A stretch of 64,000 nucleotides of DNA. Origin: Planctomycetota bacterium (GTDB lineage Bacteria; Planctomycetota; Phycisphaerae; Sedimentisphaerales; Anaerobacaceae). Under the pieces are notes generated by a model, which was not told the origin of the DNA, did no database searches, and was given only the letters and a program-made list of their open reading frames with translations. Each line of letters begins with the position of its first letter. Position 1 is the stretch's first letter. Both the position numbers and the translations under genes were made by a program. The DNA lies in assembly GCA_022566315.1 (NCBI GenBank), contig JADFJC010000003.1, forward strand, positions 6,109-70,108, read 5' to 3'. Shown here piece by piece: positions 35,287 to 45,282 of the stretch.

Positions 35287-36633
35287 ATGAATCCCAAAGA
35301 ACTGCTCGATACAACCTTTAATTGCGAATGCGGACGCAGCCACAAGGTTCCCATCAAAAGCCTCATCTATTCAGAGGATGCCCTGGAGCGTTTACCCAAT
35401 TTTTTAGAATCCCTTGTTGATGGACGCCGTGTTCTCATAGTAGCCGACCAGCGGACTTGGGTCATCGTCGGCGAGCGTGCCAGGCAGGTCCTCGAACAAA
35501 CGGGCTGGTCTGTACACCATATCATTGTTCCTGATACTAATCATGGCAGTCCTGTTTGCGATGACACCACTCATGACTGGCTCAATGGCCGGTTGCCTCC
35601 TATCGACATTGCCCTTGCAGTCGGTTGCGGCGTCATCAACGACCTGACTAAATGGTCCGCCTTTGAACATGACCTGCCTTACGCTGTTATTGCGACCGCT
35701 GCAACTATGAATGGTTTCACTGCCGCCAATGTCGCTCCAGCTATAAAAGGTGTTAAAACCATAATTCCTGCCAAACCTCCCCTGGCTGTATTTGCTGTCC
35801 CTTCGGTCATTGTCAATGCCCCTTTTGAATTGACTGCCGCCGGTCTTGGCGATACCATCGCCAAACCCCTCAGCACCGCCGACTGGCTGCTCAACCATAT
35901 CTTTTGCGATGAATACTTCTGCCGTTACTGCAGCAAGATAATCAACGACCTGGAGACTTACTATTTTGACCACCCCGAGGACATCAAGAACCGTCAGCCT
36001 GCCGCGATAGAAGCCCTTTTCAATGCTCTATTGTATTCCGGCATCGCCATGACTATCGTAGGTACCTCAGCGCCGGCTTCAGGTGGCGAGCACCTCCTCA
36101 GCCATACTCTGGACATGATGTCCGGCATTGATGGCGCTGCTCACGACCTTCATGGCCGACAGGTCGGCCTCGGCGCTATATTTTCCGCGGCCATCTATGA
36201 GCGCATCTTCCAGACCGAAATCCCCATCTGCCACCCTTTTCCATCTGACATCGATAGCACCTTCTGGGGCAGCTTGGCCGAGAATGTCCGTCAACAATAC
36301 GAACAGAAGAAACCCATGCTCAAAACTATGTGCGAAAAACTAACCGATGGTAAAACCTGGCGGGTCTTTCTTGCTGCCGTCCAGGACCAGGTTCGTTCTC
36401 CCCACGAAATTAAGAACTGCCTTAAAACTGCCGGTGCCGCCCACACGTTTGCGGATATTGGATGCTCCCGTGAGCGTTTGCTTGCTGCTGTCCTCCACAT
36501 GCACGAAATTCGCACGCGCCCCACGATTATTGATCTCGCCTGGGTCCTCGGCATTCTTCCCAAGGCCGCGGATGAAATCATAGACCACTGGCTTAGTCCT
36601 GGTATCTATCGTGATAAGTCCAAAACCTCGTAA
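35287..36633 (+). CDS. Iron-containing alcohol dehydrogenase superfamily protein, glycerol-1-phosphate dehydrogenase (AraM/EgsA)-like
   Basis: 448 aa. Dehydroquinate-synthase-like fold signatures are GCGVINDLTKW, TAAGLGDTIAKP and SGGEHLLSHTLDM. These resemble G1P dehydrogenases as I recall them. The subfamily call is tentative. Confidence 0.55.
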   Translation: MNPKELLDTTFNCECGRSHKVPIKSLIYSEDALERLPNFLESLVDGRRVLIVADQRTWVIVGERARQVLEQTGWSVHHIIVPDTNHGSPVCDDTTHDWLNGRLPPIDIALAVGCGVINDLTKWSAFEHDLPYAVIATAATMNGFTAANVAPAIKGVKTIIPAKPPLAVFAVPSVIVNAPFELTAAGLGDTIAKPLSTADWLLNHIFCDEYFCRYCSKIINDLETYYFDHPEDIKNRQPAAIEALFNALLYSGIAMTIVGTSAPASGGEHLLSHTLDMMSGIDGAAHDLHGRQVGLGAIFSAAIYERIFQTEIPICHPFPSDIDSTFWGSLAENVRQQYEQKKPMLKTMCEKLTDGKTWRVFLAAVQDQVRSPHEIKNCLKTAGAAHTFADIGCSRERLLAAVLHMHEIRTRPTIIDLAWVLGILPKAADEIIDHWLSPGIYRDKSKTS

Positions 36634-36685
36634 ATGGACTTGGCCATCCCTTTCGGGAGTGCCAACACGCTTCTGGGTTTCCTCT

Positions 36686-38059
36686 TTATTCCAGAGCAAA
36701 CTCAACATGGTATTTTTCAGGATTCCTAATCGCTTTTATCGAATCATCCAGCAGGGAAAGCTCGGTGGCCAGTCTTTCTTGTATCGTTTGTATTGGTTCG
36801 ACAGGCTCACCATCCTGAGCAGAGTCGAAGGACTGTTCAACTGATTCTCCGAAAGGAGTCCCTATGACAAACGGCTTTAACAAATCGTCCCCGCCAACGG
36901 CGGGTTTTGATCGGGACCCAGTGTTGCTGGGCTGAGATTGTAGTGGTGAAATAATGTCCCTCTCGTAATATTTACCCTTAATTCTGATAATTGTCTTTCT
37001 GCCGGGGCGGGTCTGTTTGCCGGGCGAGCTCTTAAATACCCCTTTGCTGCCATATTGGACGATTTTGTAGATTATCTCGATCGCAGGGGCAAAGCGAGAT
37101 ACCGCGAAGCGGGTTCCAATGCCAAACCCATCAATTTGCCCACCCTGCTTTAGCAAATCATCGATTTTGAATTCGTCGAGGTCACCGCTTACGAAAATCT
37201 TTAGAAAAGACACGCCTTTTTCCTGAAAATGTCTGCGGGCAAAGTTGCTGAGCTTGACCAGGTCGCCGCTATCAATACGGATACCCCGTATTTTTATATC
37301 CTTTTCTTCATGGAATTGTCTTGCCAGGTTGGCGGCTGCTTTTATTCCTTCAACAGAGTCGTACGTATCTACAAGTAGAATGGAGTTTTCACCGTAAGCC
37401 TCAGTGAAATTGCGAAAAGACTGTTCCTGCGATTCGTGAACATGGACAAACGAATGGGCCATCGTGCCCGAAGGGGCGAAGTTCAGCTCTTTTGCCGCAA
37501 ACATATTACTGGTCGCCCGAAAACCTGCTATTTGGGCACCTCTTGCCGAGCGTAAAGAGGCAACAGGGCCCTGGCAGCGTCTAAGACCAAAATCGACCAC
37601 CGCAGCCCCTTTGGCAGCGATGGAAATTCTTGTTGCGAGTGTCGCCTGGATAATTGAAAAGCCGAGTATATTTAAAATATAGCTTTCCAGCAACTGTGCA
37701 CAAATCAAGGGGCCGGTCACCTCAAAAATAGGCTCATTCGGGAAAAACACAGTTCCTTCAGTTAATGACCGTATTTTTACATCAGGTTTAAGAGTTGCGA
37801 GGAATTGTAGAAAATCATCTGAGAATAGTTTTGTGGACCGCAGGAAATTGATGTCGGCCTTAGAAAATCGGAACTCACGAAGATATGAGTCAACCTCACT
37901 AAGGCCGGCCATCACGAAAAAACCCCAATTTTCGGGGAGCCTCCTGACGGAAACTTCAAAGTAGGCGGTGTCGGTCATTTGCTTTTTGAAATAGACCTGA
38001 GCCATCGTCAGCTCATACAAGTCTGTAAAAAGTGATGGAGTATCCTTCATCAACCACAT
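36686..38059 (-). CDS. pncB: Nicotinate phosphoribosyltransferase
   Basis: 457 aa. SLFTDLYELTMAQVYF N-terminus, GTMAHSFV, LLVDTYD and IRIDSGDL are NAPRTase hallmarks. The start overlaps pncA by 10 nt. Confidence 0.85.
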   Translation of the reverse strand: MWLMKDTPSLFTDLYELTMAQVYFKKQMTDTAYFEVSVRRLPENWGFFVMAGLSEVDSYLREFRFSKADINFLRSTKLFSDDFLQFLATLKPDVKIRSLTEGTVFFPNEPIFEVTGPLICAQLLESYILNILGFSIIQATLATRISIAAKGAAVVDFGLRRCQGPVASLRSARGAQIAGFRATSNMFAAKELNFAPSGTMAHSFVHVHESQEQSFRNFTEAYGENSILLVDTYDSVEGIKAAANLARQFHEEKDIKIRGIRIDSGDLVKLSNFARRHFQEKGVSFLKIFVSGDLDEFKIDDLLKQGGQIDGFGIGTRFAVSRFAPAIEIIYKIVQYGSKGVFKSSPGKQTRPGRKTIIRIKGKYYERDIISPLQSQPSNTGSRSKPAVGGDDLLKPFVIGTPFGESVEQSFDSAQDGEPVEPIQTIQERLATELSLLDDSIKAIRNPEKYHVEFALE

Positions 38060-38694
38060 CGCAGATCCCTCTTTAGCGCACTTAGTTCGGTGATTTCAAC
38101 CCCCATCTGCCCAAACTCATCGAGTATTTCATGCTCAGGCCTGACTCCAAGGCCCTTGACCACGTCCTTGAGAAGGCAGAGTTTTATATCAGAGAACCTC
38201 CTAAGCCCCTGCACTACATAATATACGCAGAAATCAAGAGCAACACCGAAAATCACTACCTTTTTGGGGCTAATTAGTTCAACAAGTTTGTCTGTATTGC
38301 AGTTCGAGAAAACGTCAATGCTGTCCTTTTTTATGACAATATGAAACTGCTCTTTGCAGATAAGATTTTGTATAGCTTCGGCGTCCATCTTATCAATTTG
38401 AACGTACTCAATCGGTAGTTTGCCCAGGAAGCCCACCCTTTCACTGCCAGGCTCGCCAGCCATGCAGTGGGGAGGAAAGGTCTCTTTGAAATCAGGCGCC
38501 TCTGAAATCTCCTTGTTATCCAGGCTATGCCAATCGATGTCAGCGATAATGGAGTAGCCATTTTCGAGGGCAAATTTACGGACTTCGCTTACCTTCGCGA
38601 TAATGTCTTCAGCACCGGTAACGTACAATTTACCCTGGGGCCGCATAAAGTCAAACTGCGTGTCAACATCCCAAAAAATTGTATCTTTTTTCAT
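38050..38694 (-). CDS. pncA: Nicotinamidase / isochorismatase-family hydrolase
   Basis: 214 aa. WDVDTQFDFM, DWH, FPPHCM and VVIFGVALDFCV (catalytic Cys context) are typical of PncA. It forms an operon with pncB. Confidence 0.8.
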   Translation of the reverse strand: MKKDTIFWDVDTQFDFMRPQGKLYVTGAEDIIAKVSEVRKFALENGYSIIADIDWHSLDNKEISEAPDFKETFPPHCMAGEPGSERVGFLGKLPIEYVQIDKMDAEAIQNLICKEQFHIVIKKDSIDVFSNCNTDKLVELISPKKVVIFGVALDFCVYYVVQGLRRFSDIKLCLLKDVVKGLGVRPEHEILDEFGQMGVEITELSALKRDLRCG

Positions 38695-38788
38695 AAATTG
38701 CCCCTTTATGCAGCAAGGTTAACATAAACCCTTGATTCTGCAAGAAATCAATGGTATAGTTCATGAAGTGATATAGAAGGAGATTCCT

Positions 38789-41700
38789 ATGAAATCTAAA
38801 CGGTGTTTTGTAATCAATTTGAGTCTTGTGTTACTTGTAGGCGCGGCTGTTGTCCCATCGACTATTGCCCGGGAGAATGCCGAGCGCCTGCTCAAAAAGC
38901 TGGAGGCCAAGAATGGAATCTGCGTTGTTCTCGGAGATACGAGTTGTGAATTGGCAATAGAAATGGCTCACAAAAGCGACTGGTTGTTCTATGTGCAGCT
39001 ACCCAGCTCCGAGGACGTCGATCGCGCCCGCCGGACGGCTGAAGCAGCCGGGCTTAATGCGACCCGTCTGCAAATCGACCAGGGAGACCTGAGCCATCTT
39101 CACTTGGCCAACAACGTGGCGGACGTCCTCATTGCAGTGGGCGGCGCAAGCAAGCTGTCCGAAGCAGAAGCGTTACGCGTCCTGCGACCTCAGGGTCGTG
39201 CGTCCCTTTCGGGACGAGAGCTGGTCAAGCCCGTCCCCGACGGCATGGACGACTGGAGTCATCCTTATCACGGTCCGGACAACAACCCACTCTCAGAAGA
39301 TAGCCTCATCCGCGCACCATACTTGACGCAGTTCCTCGCTGAACCTCGCTATGGTCCTGCGCCGCAGTTGGCTGTTGCCGCCGGTGGCCGCGTGTTCAAG
39401 GCCTTCGGCCATATTGCCTGGCACAAACGCGAGGAGCCTTTCCTGAACACACTTGTGGCGTTCAATGGGTTCAACGGCACGATGCTCTGGAAACAACCGC
39501 TGCCGGAAGGACTCATGGTCCATCGTAATACCATGATCGCCACGCCGGACACGCTCTTCCTGGGCGACGAGGAGTCCTGCAAACTTATCGATACCGTGAC
39601 GGGCCGGAGAAAAGGCGAAATCATTCCACCCGTGGACATAGCGGGAGGCACGTTCTGGAAATGGATGGCGCTGGAAGACGGCGTCCTCTACGCTCTCCTT
39701 GGAGAAGCGGAGCAGGTGGACGCAACAATGCGGTGGAAACGTCAGGCTCACGGCTGGCCCTGGACTGGTATATCAAAGGGCTACAATCAGCCCGAGCAGC
39801 CCTGGGGATTTGGCCGTAACCTGCTGGCCATCGACCCTAAGACCAAGACTGTTTTGTGGCACTATCACGAAGACGAGCCGATAGACGGCCGTGCCGTCTG
39901 CATGAAGAACGGGCGGATTTTTGCCTTCCGGTTCGGGACTTATTTGACCTGTCTCGACGCGAAGACTGGCCGGGTCATATGGCGCAAGACGAAGGATAAC
40001 GCGCCCGAGCTCTTCGAGACCCTCGGTGAATACCTTCCTCGTCAGAGCTGGCAGACAAACTGGCGCACGACGGTCTATTTGAAGTGCAGCGATCGCGCGC
40101 TGTACTTCGCCGGTCCGCAGATAGGAAAACTGCTGGCCGTTTCCACCGAAGACGGTCGGATAATCTGGCAGCACCCGTACGACAACTTCCAATTGATAAT
40201 TTATTCCGATGGCTTATATGCCATCAGTGGTCCATGGGGGAACAACCTCAGCAAAAAGTTTGACCCACTGACCGGAGAGGTCCTGGCGGAGCTGCCGATT
40301 GGTCGCCGAGCGTGTACCCGCCCCACGGGCACCCCGGACAGCATCCTGTTCCGGGCCATGGGTGGCTCGATTCGTTTCGATCTGGCCAGTGCTCGTCCGC
40401 GATGGTTATCTCCCATGCGTCCTCCTTGCCATGACGGGGTGACGGTGGCCAACGGTCTGCTCTACTGGTGGCCCTATACCTGTGACTGCCAGTTTACGCT
40501 GAATGGCCTGACTTGCCTTGGTTCGGCTGGCAACTTCGACTTCACCCCGAACATCGCCCGGCAGAATCGGCTCGAGAAGGGGCCCAGCGGGACTGAACTT
40601 ATTGAGACGCTGACTCCATCCGGCGCCGACTGGCCCACCTTCAGGGCAAACAACCAACGAACCACTACAACCATGGCGGTCATCCCTGAGACCAGTCGCC
40701 AGCTTTGGCGAACGAAGCCGTCCGCTCTGGCAGGTGTCCGACCCACAGCTCCTGTGGCGGTCGGCGGTCTTGTCCTGCTGGCCGGCTCGGACGGAGTCGT
40801 TCGGGCTTTGGACAGTGACACCGGGCGCGAGCAATGGAAGGCCTACACCGGCGGTGAGATCCGAATCCCGCCGACCATCTGGAAGGGCCGGGCCCTCGTC
40901 GGTTCGGGTGATGGTTGGGTGTACGCCTTTGAGGTCACTACGGGGCGGCTGCTTTGGCGCTTCCGGGCCGCACCGGCAGAACGCAAGATACCGGTCTATG
41001 GAAAACTGCTCTCCACCTGGCCCGCGGCAAGCGGCGTACTTGTAGAAGACGGAACCGCCTATGTCGCAGCCGGTCTTGTGAACTACGATGGGACCTATGT
41101 GTATGCGCTCGATCCGGCTACCGGAAATGTCCGATGGTGCAACGACACGTCCGGACATTTGGATCCGGAGGCTAACACCGGCGTTAGCGTACAGGGGCAC
41201 CTGTTGCTCTACGAGGACAAGCTCTATCTTGCCGGCGGGAATGCCGTTTCACCTGCCGTCTATGATATACAAAGTGGAAGGTGTCTCAACGACCCGGCAC
41301 CTCTGGCTAATTGTGAGTCAGCCAGTCCGCGTGGTTGGGAGCTTTCCCTTGTAGGCAATCGAGTTATTGCCTGCGGGCGCCCTTTCTATTCGCGTCCGGA
41401 TATCCCCGTGTACGACCACACAGTGACCAAGAAGCTGCTGCATGCGTCAACCGGACAGCGCGACATTGTCTGGATAGATAACAGCAAGCTGCTTTGCTTT
41501 GAGCCGCTCGACAAGGACGCGTTGAGCCGATGCGTAACGGACGAAAAAATCCCCAAGCATATCACACAGGCGTGGGGCCAATTCAAGGTCTCCGAGAAAC
41601 CATTATGGCAGCATGACTGCCCTAACAGTATTGCTGTTGCGATAACTAAAAATGCCGTCGTGATCGCTGATGCGTCACAAGTCACCGCACTGGAGCTTCG

Positions 41701-41920
41701 CAGCGGCAAACAGCTTTGGAATCACACACTCCCGTCTGCTCCCGTGCCATGGGGCATGGCTGTGGACGGCACGGGCCGCGTGTTCCTGACTCTGGTTGAT
41801 GGTCAGGTGCTCTGCATCGGCAGGCGATTGGAACAGGTCGTAAAGCACCGTTCTGTCCAAACAGGTCACCATGACCCGCGACCAGATGTGCCGGGTTCCG
41901 TGGAGTCGATTTCGTTATGA
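38789..41920 (+). CDS. Large secreted PQQ-like beta-propeller repeat protein (multiple propellers) with Rossmann/methyltransferase-like N-terminal segment (tentative)
   Basis: 1043 aa, high GC, with a signal peptide. Many BamB/PQQ-like blades (GRVFKAFGH, DGVLYALLG, GRIFAFRFGTYLTCLDAKTGRVIW, GLVLLAGSDGVVRALDSDTGREQW, GWVYAFEVTTGRLLW ...). Confidence 0.7.
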   Translation: MKSKRCFVINLSLVLLVGAAVVPSTIARENAERLLKKLEAKNGICVVLGDTSCELAIEMAHKSDWLFYVQLPSSEDVDRARRTAEAAGLNATRLQIDQGDLSHLHLANNVADVLIAVGGASKLSEAEALRVLRPQGRASLSGRELVKPVPDGMDDWSHPYHGPDNNPLSEDSLIRAPYLTQFLAEPRYGPAPQLAVAAGGRVFKAFGHIAWHKREEPFLNTLVAFNGFNGTMLWKQPLPEGLMVHRNTMIATPDTLFLGDEESCKLIDTVTGRRKGEIIPPVDIAGGTFWKWMALEDGVLYALLGEAEQVDATMRWKRQAHGWPWTGISKGYNQPEQPWGFGRNLLAIDPKTKTVLWHYHEDEPIDGRAVCMKNGRIFAFRFGTYLTCLDAKTGRVIWRKTKDNAPELFETLGEYLPRQSWQTNWRTTVYLKCSDRALYFAGPQIGKLLAVSTEDGRIIWQHPYDNFQLIIYSDGLYAISGPWGNNLSKKFDPLTGEVLAELPIGRRACTRPTGTPDSILFRAMGGSIRFDLASARPRWLSPMRPPCHDGVTVANGLLYWWPYTCDCQFTLNGLTCLGSAGNFDFTPNIARQNRLEKGPSGTELIETLTPSGADWPTFRANNQRTTTTMAVIPETSRQLWRTKPSALAGVRPTAPVAVGGLVLLAGSDGVVRALDSDTGREQWKAYTGGEIRIPPTIWKGRALVGSGDGWVYAFEVTTGRLLWRFRAAPAERKIPVYGKLLSTWPAASGVLVEDGTAYVAAGLVNYDGTYVYALDPATGNVRWCNDTSGHLDPEANTGVSVQGHLLLYEDKLYLAGGNAVSPAVYDIQSGRCLNDPAPLANCESASPRGWELSLVGNRVIACGRPFYSRPDIPVYDHTVTKKLLHASTGQRDIVWIDNSKLLCFEPLDKDALSRCVTDEKIPKHITQAWGQFKVSEKPLWQHDCPNSIAVAITKNAVVIADASQVTALELRSGKQLWNHTLPSAPVPWGMAVDGTGRVFLTLVDGQVLCIGRRLEQVVKHRSVQTGHHDPRPDVPGSVESISL

Positions 41921-42035
41921 TGTGGAAACAAGACTCTCACCACAAGGTGCTGACGGCCCGAAGTGAAAATTGCCCGTCGAAAACCGTTTGTGCATCACTC
42001 CCGATGTTCCGGCGCGCCGGGACGTACTCCAACCT

Positions 42036-43481
42036 TTACAAGTAAGCGATGTTCAGGTTCTTTGCTGCGATAGTCTCATTCGGACGACAAACCACAGCAG
42101 TTGTTGGAGCAGTCTTCAGCTTTTCCGGCTCATTCTCAGCCTGCTCTGCAATTTCTATCATCGCATCGATAAAGCTATCGAGTGTCTCTTTGCTTTCGGT
42201 CTCGGTGGGCTCGATCATCATTGCGTCCTTGACAATCGTTGGGAAATAAACGGTCGGGGGATGGAACCCTTTGTCTATGAGGGCCTTTGCAATATCTACT
42301 GCGTGAATTCCATTTTGTGCCATACGCTCCGATATGGTGAAAACGCACTCGTGTTTACAAAGCCTGTCAAAGGCGAGTTTGTAATGACCCTTGAGTCTCT
42401 CTTTCACGTAATTAGCGTTAAGAACGGCATTTTCCGCCACTCGGCAGAGACCTTCTTTGCCGAGCATCAGGATATAGACGTAAGCTTTCAGGACGACGCC
42501 AAAGTTGCCGTAGAATGGTGCAATATAGCCAATAGATTTAGGGCGGTCGTATTGCAGCGCGTACGTACCGTCGTTACGTTTTATTACAACGGATACGGGC
42601 AGGAACGGCACCAGCTTTTTCTTAACACCCACGGGGCCGGCTCCCGGTCCACCTCCGCCATGCGGTGTGGCGAAGGTCTTGTGCAGGTTCAGATGCACGA
42701 TGTCGAAACCGAAGTCACCGGGCCGAGCCTTGCCGACTATCGCATTTAGATTGGCTCCGTCGTAGTAAGTTAATCCATCAACGCTATGGATTAGATCGCA
42801 GATATCCTTAACATGCGGATTGAATAGGCCCAGGGTATTCGGGCAGGTCAGCATTAGTCCGGCAACCTCATCGTTCAGATGTTGCCTGACCGCTTCAATA
42901 TCCATGACACCATTCTCGTTGCTGGGTATGGAGACAACGCTGTAGCCGGCGATTGCAGCGCTGGCGGGATTCGTCCCGTGAGCGCTGTCGGGAATAAGAA
43001 TAGTCGTTTTCTTATTGCCTTGCTCCCGATGGTAAGCCGCCATAATCATCATACCGGTCAGCTCCCCGTGTGCTCCTGCCAGAGGCTGCATGGTAAATTC
43101 TGCCATGCCGGTTATTTCGCGAAGCAGCAGATCAATCTCGTGGAGGACTCGCAGTGCGCCCTGCGTGAGCATTCCGCCCATCCTTAGCTGAGGCAGCAAA
43201 GGATGTAAGTCGGCAAAGCCGGGATAGGAGGCAATATGCTCGGCAACTTTGGGATTGTATTTCATTGTGCATGAGCCAAGTGGGTAGAAATTATTGTCAA
43301 CGCCGAAATTCCGACGCGACAGTTCAGTGAAGTGCCTTACCACATCAAGCTCACTAAGTTCCGGCAGATTTGCAGGTTTTTGCCGCAGCAGATCACTTCT
43401 TATGTTTATCCTCGGGACATTAGCTGGAGCTATTCGAACCGCTCTGCGTCCGGGAACGCTCTTTTCAAATACAAGCTTCAT
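42036..43481 (-). CDS. gcvPB: Glycine dehydrogenase (decarboxylating) subunit 2
   Basis: Start at MKLVFEKSVPGRR, with the ATG overlapping the gcvPA stop as ATGA. PLGSCTMKYNP, HLNLHKTF (PLP-Lys context) and GGGGPG match the P-protein beta subunit. Confidence 0.9.
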   Translation of the reverse strand: MKLVFEKSVPGRRAVRIAPANVPRINIRSDLLRQKPANLPELSELDVVRHFTELSRRNFGVDNNFYPLGSCTMKYNPKVAEHIASYPGFADLHPLLPQLRMGGMLTQGALRVLHEIDLLLREITGMAEFTMQPLAGAHGELTGMMIMAAYHREQGNKKTTILIPDSAHGTNPASAAIAGYSVVSIPSNENGVMDIEAVRQHLNDEVAGLMLTCPNTLGLFNPHVKDICDLIHSVDGLTYYDGANLNAIVGKARPGDFGFDIVHLNLHKTFATPHGGGGPGAGPVGVKKKLVPFLPVSVVIKRNDGTYALQYDRPKSIGYIAPFYGNFGVVLKAYVYILMLGKEGLCRVAENAVLNANYVKERLKGHYKLAFDRLCKHECVFTISERMAQNGIHAVDIAKALIDKGFHPPTVYFPTIVKDAMMIEPTETESKETLDSFIDAMIEIAEQAENEPEKLKTAPTTAVVCRPNETIAAKNLNIAYL

Positions 43482-44809
43482 AAAACACTCTCCAGGGCTT
43501 CGGCCAACATGCCAATTTCTTGTTTGGTTCTCTTCTCGGTTACAGAGATCAAAATAGAATTCTCCATACCATCGTAATATCTGCCTAAAGGGAAACCTGC
43601 AGCAAAACGCTTTTCGATCAACTTGGCAATCACATCTGCCGCCTCGCACGGCAGGTCCAGCACAAATTCGTTGAAGAACCATTTTCCCCTGAAATGCGGT
43701 TCTACGCCCGGTATTGCCGTCAGTCGCTCGTATGCATAGTTTGCCTTATCGGCGCAGAGTTGTGCCGTTTCCTTGAGGCCTTCTTTGCCGAGCAGCGAGA
43801 GATAGACAAGTGCAGTCAGCGCACACAGAGCTTCGTTTGAGCAAATGTTCGAGGTCGCTTTGTCTCTACGTATGTGCTGTTCGCGCGTCTGGAGCGTAAG
43901 GACGTATGCTTTCTGACCGGACATATCGACCGTTTCACCTGCGATCCGCCCCGGCATCTTTCGAACGTATTGCTTTCGCGACGCCATAAAACCCAGGTAC
44001 GGTCCGCCAAACGACATCGGTATGCCCAGGCTTTGCCCTTCGCCCGTTACTATATCGGCACCCATCGCTGCCGGCGTTTTCAGTATCCCCAGCGAAACGG
44101 GATAGGACGAGACAATTAACAAACTCCCTTTGTCGTGTGCAGCATCGGCAATGTCGCTGAACTCGTCGATGCACCCGAAAAAGTTAGGGTTCTGTACAAT
44201 AACCGCAGCAGTCTTGTCATCGATTATCTGCAATATCTGGTCGCGGTTGGTTAAGCCGTCTTCGCAATGGGTCTGTTCAAGCTCAATCTTGAGATTCTGC
44301 GTGTACGAATGGATCATTACGCGGTAAATAGGATTGACACTGTCGTCAACAATTACTTTGTTTCGGTTTGTAATACGCAGAGCCATCATCATTGCTTCAT
44401 AGAGAGCGGTCCCGCCATCATATAGTGAGGCGTTCGCAACCTCCATTTCCGTCAACCGACAAATCATCGACTGGTATTCGTAAATTGCCTGGAGAACGCC
44501 CTGCGATAGTTCAGGCTGATAAGGTGTGTATGCAGTATAGAATTCGCTGCGTGAAACAATAGAATGGACCGCAGCAGGGATGAAATGATCGTAGAAACCG
44601 CCGCCCAGAAAACAGGTAAGGTTTGTGGCATTCTTTTCAGCCAATTCCGTAAGTCTGCTTCGGACTTCCTGTTCGCTCAGACCCCGCGGCAAATTAAATG
44701 CCTTGGCCATGAGCTCTGCAGGAATATCGCCGAAAAGCTCATCCATTGTCAGCCCGATCTCTGCAAGCATCTGCTTTTGCTGCTGTGGTGTATTTGATAT
44801 AAAAGGCAT
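43478..44809 (-). CDS. gcvPA: Glycine dehydrogenase (decarboxylating) subunit 1
   Basis: 443 aa. FLGGGFYDHFIPA, YTPYQPELSQG and GEGQSLG are typical of the P-protein alpha subunit. Confidence 0.9.
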   Translation of the reverse strand: MPFISNTPQQQKQMLAEIGLTMDELFGDIPAELMAKAFNLPRGLSEQEVRSRLTELAEKNATNLTCFLGGGFYDHFIPAAVHSIVSRSEFYTAYTPYQPELSQGVLQAIYEYQSMICRLTEMEVANASLYDGGTALYEAMMMALRITNRNKVIVDDSVNPIYRVMIHSYTQNLKIELEQTHCEDGLTNRDQILQIIDDKTAAVIVQNPNFFGCIDEFSDIADAAHDKGSLLIVSSYPVSLGILKTPAAMGADIVTGEGQSLGIPMSFGGPYLGFMASRKQYVRKMPGRIAGETVDMSGQKAYVLTLQTREQHIRRDKATSNICSNEALCALTALVYLSLLGKEGLKETAQLCADKANYAYERLTAIPGVEPHFRGKWFFNEFVLDLPCEAADVIAKLIEKRFAAGFPLGRYYDGMENSILISVTEKRTKQEIGMLAEALESVL

Positions 44810-44887
44810 CTTCCAGACTCCTGACGAAATTACCGAATCGACTTCGAAGCCGTATTTGCTGTTGTTAGGACGTCGTCCGTTTGGACT

Positions 44888-45268
44888 CTACAGACCACCA
44901 ACATACTCTTCATACCGCTTTGAATCCATCAAGTTCTCAACGGATTTCGTATCAGTAATTTGCAATTTACAAATCCAGCCCGCGTTGTAGCAATCTTGGT
45001 TAATCAGCTCCGGTTGAGACTCAAGTTCGCCGTTGACTTCGATGACTTTTCCCGCCACTGGAGAGTAGATATCGTTTGCTGCTTTGGTACTCTCTACGAT
45101 AGCCAGCTCATCGTGTCCGGCAAATTCCTTCCCGATGGCGGGCAGTTCCACGAATACGAGTTCGCCCAACATCTGCTGGGCATAATCCGTGATCCCAATT
45201 GTTGCGACGTCCGCATCAATCCTTGCCCACTCGTGGTCCTTTGTGTAAAGTAATCCCTCTATGACCAT
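44888..45268 (-). CDS. gcvH: Glycine cleavage system H protein
   Basis: 126 aa. YTKDHEWA and the lipoyl-lysine motif VESTKAANDIYSPVAGKV. Confidence 0.9.
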   Translation of the reverse strand: MVIEGLLYTKDHEWARIDADVATIGITDYAQQMLGELVFVELPAIGKEFAGHDELAIVESTKAANDIYSPVAGKVIEVNGELESQPELINQDCYNAGWICKLQITDTKSVENLMDSKRYEEYVGGL

Positions 45269-45282
45269 ATTGTTCTCTCCGA

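Noticed and set aside
41970-42749. 259-aa ORF on the plus strand
   Set aside because: It is antisense to the clearly identifiable gcvPB and has no recognisable domain. The antisense ORFs 60195-61010(+), opposite the sulfite-oxidase-family gene, and 62141-63025(+), opposite the 728-aa gene, are rejected likewise.
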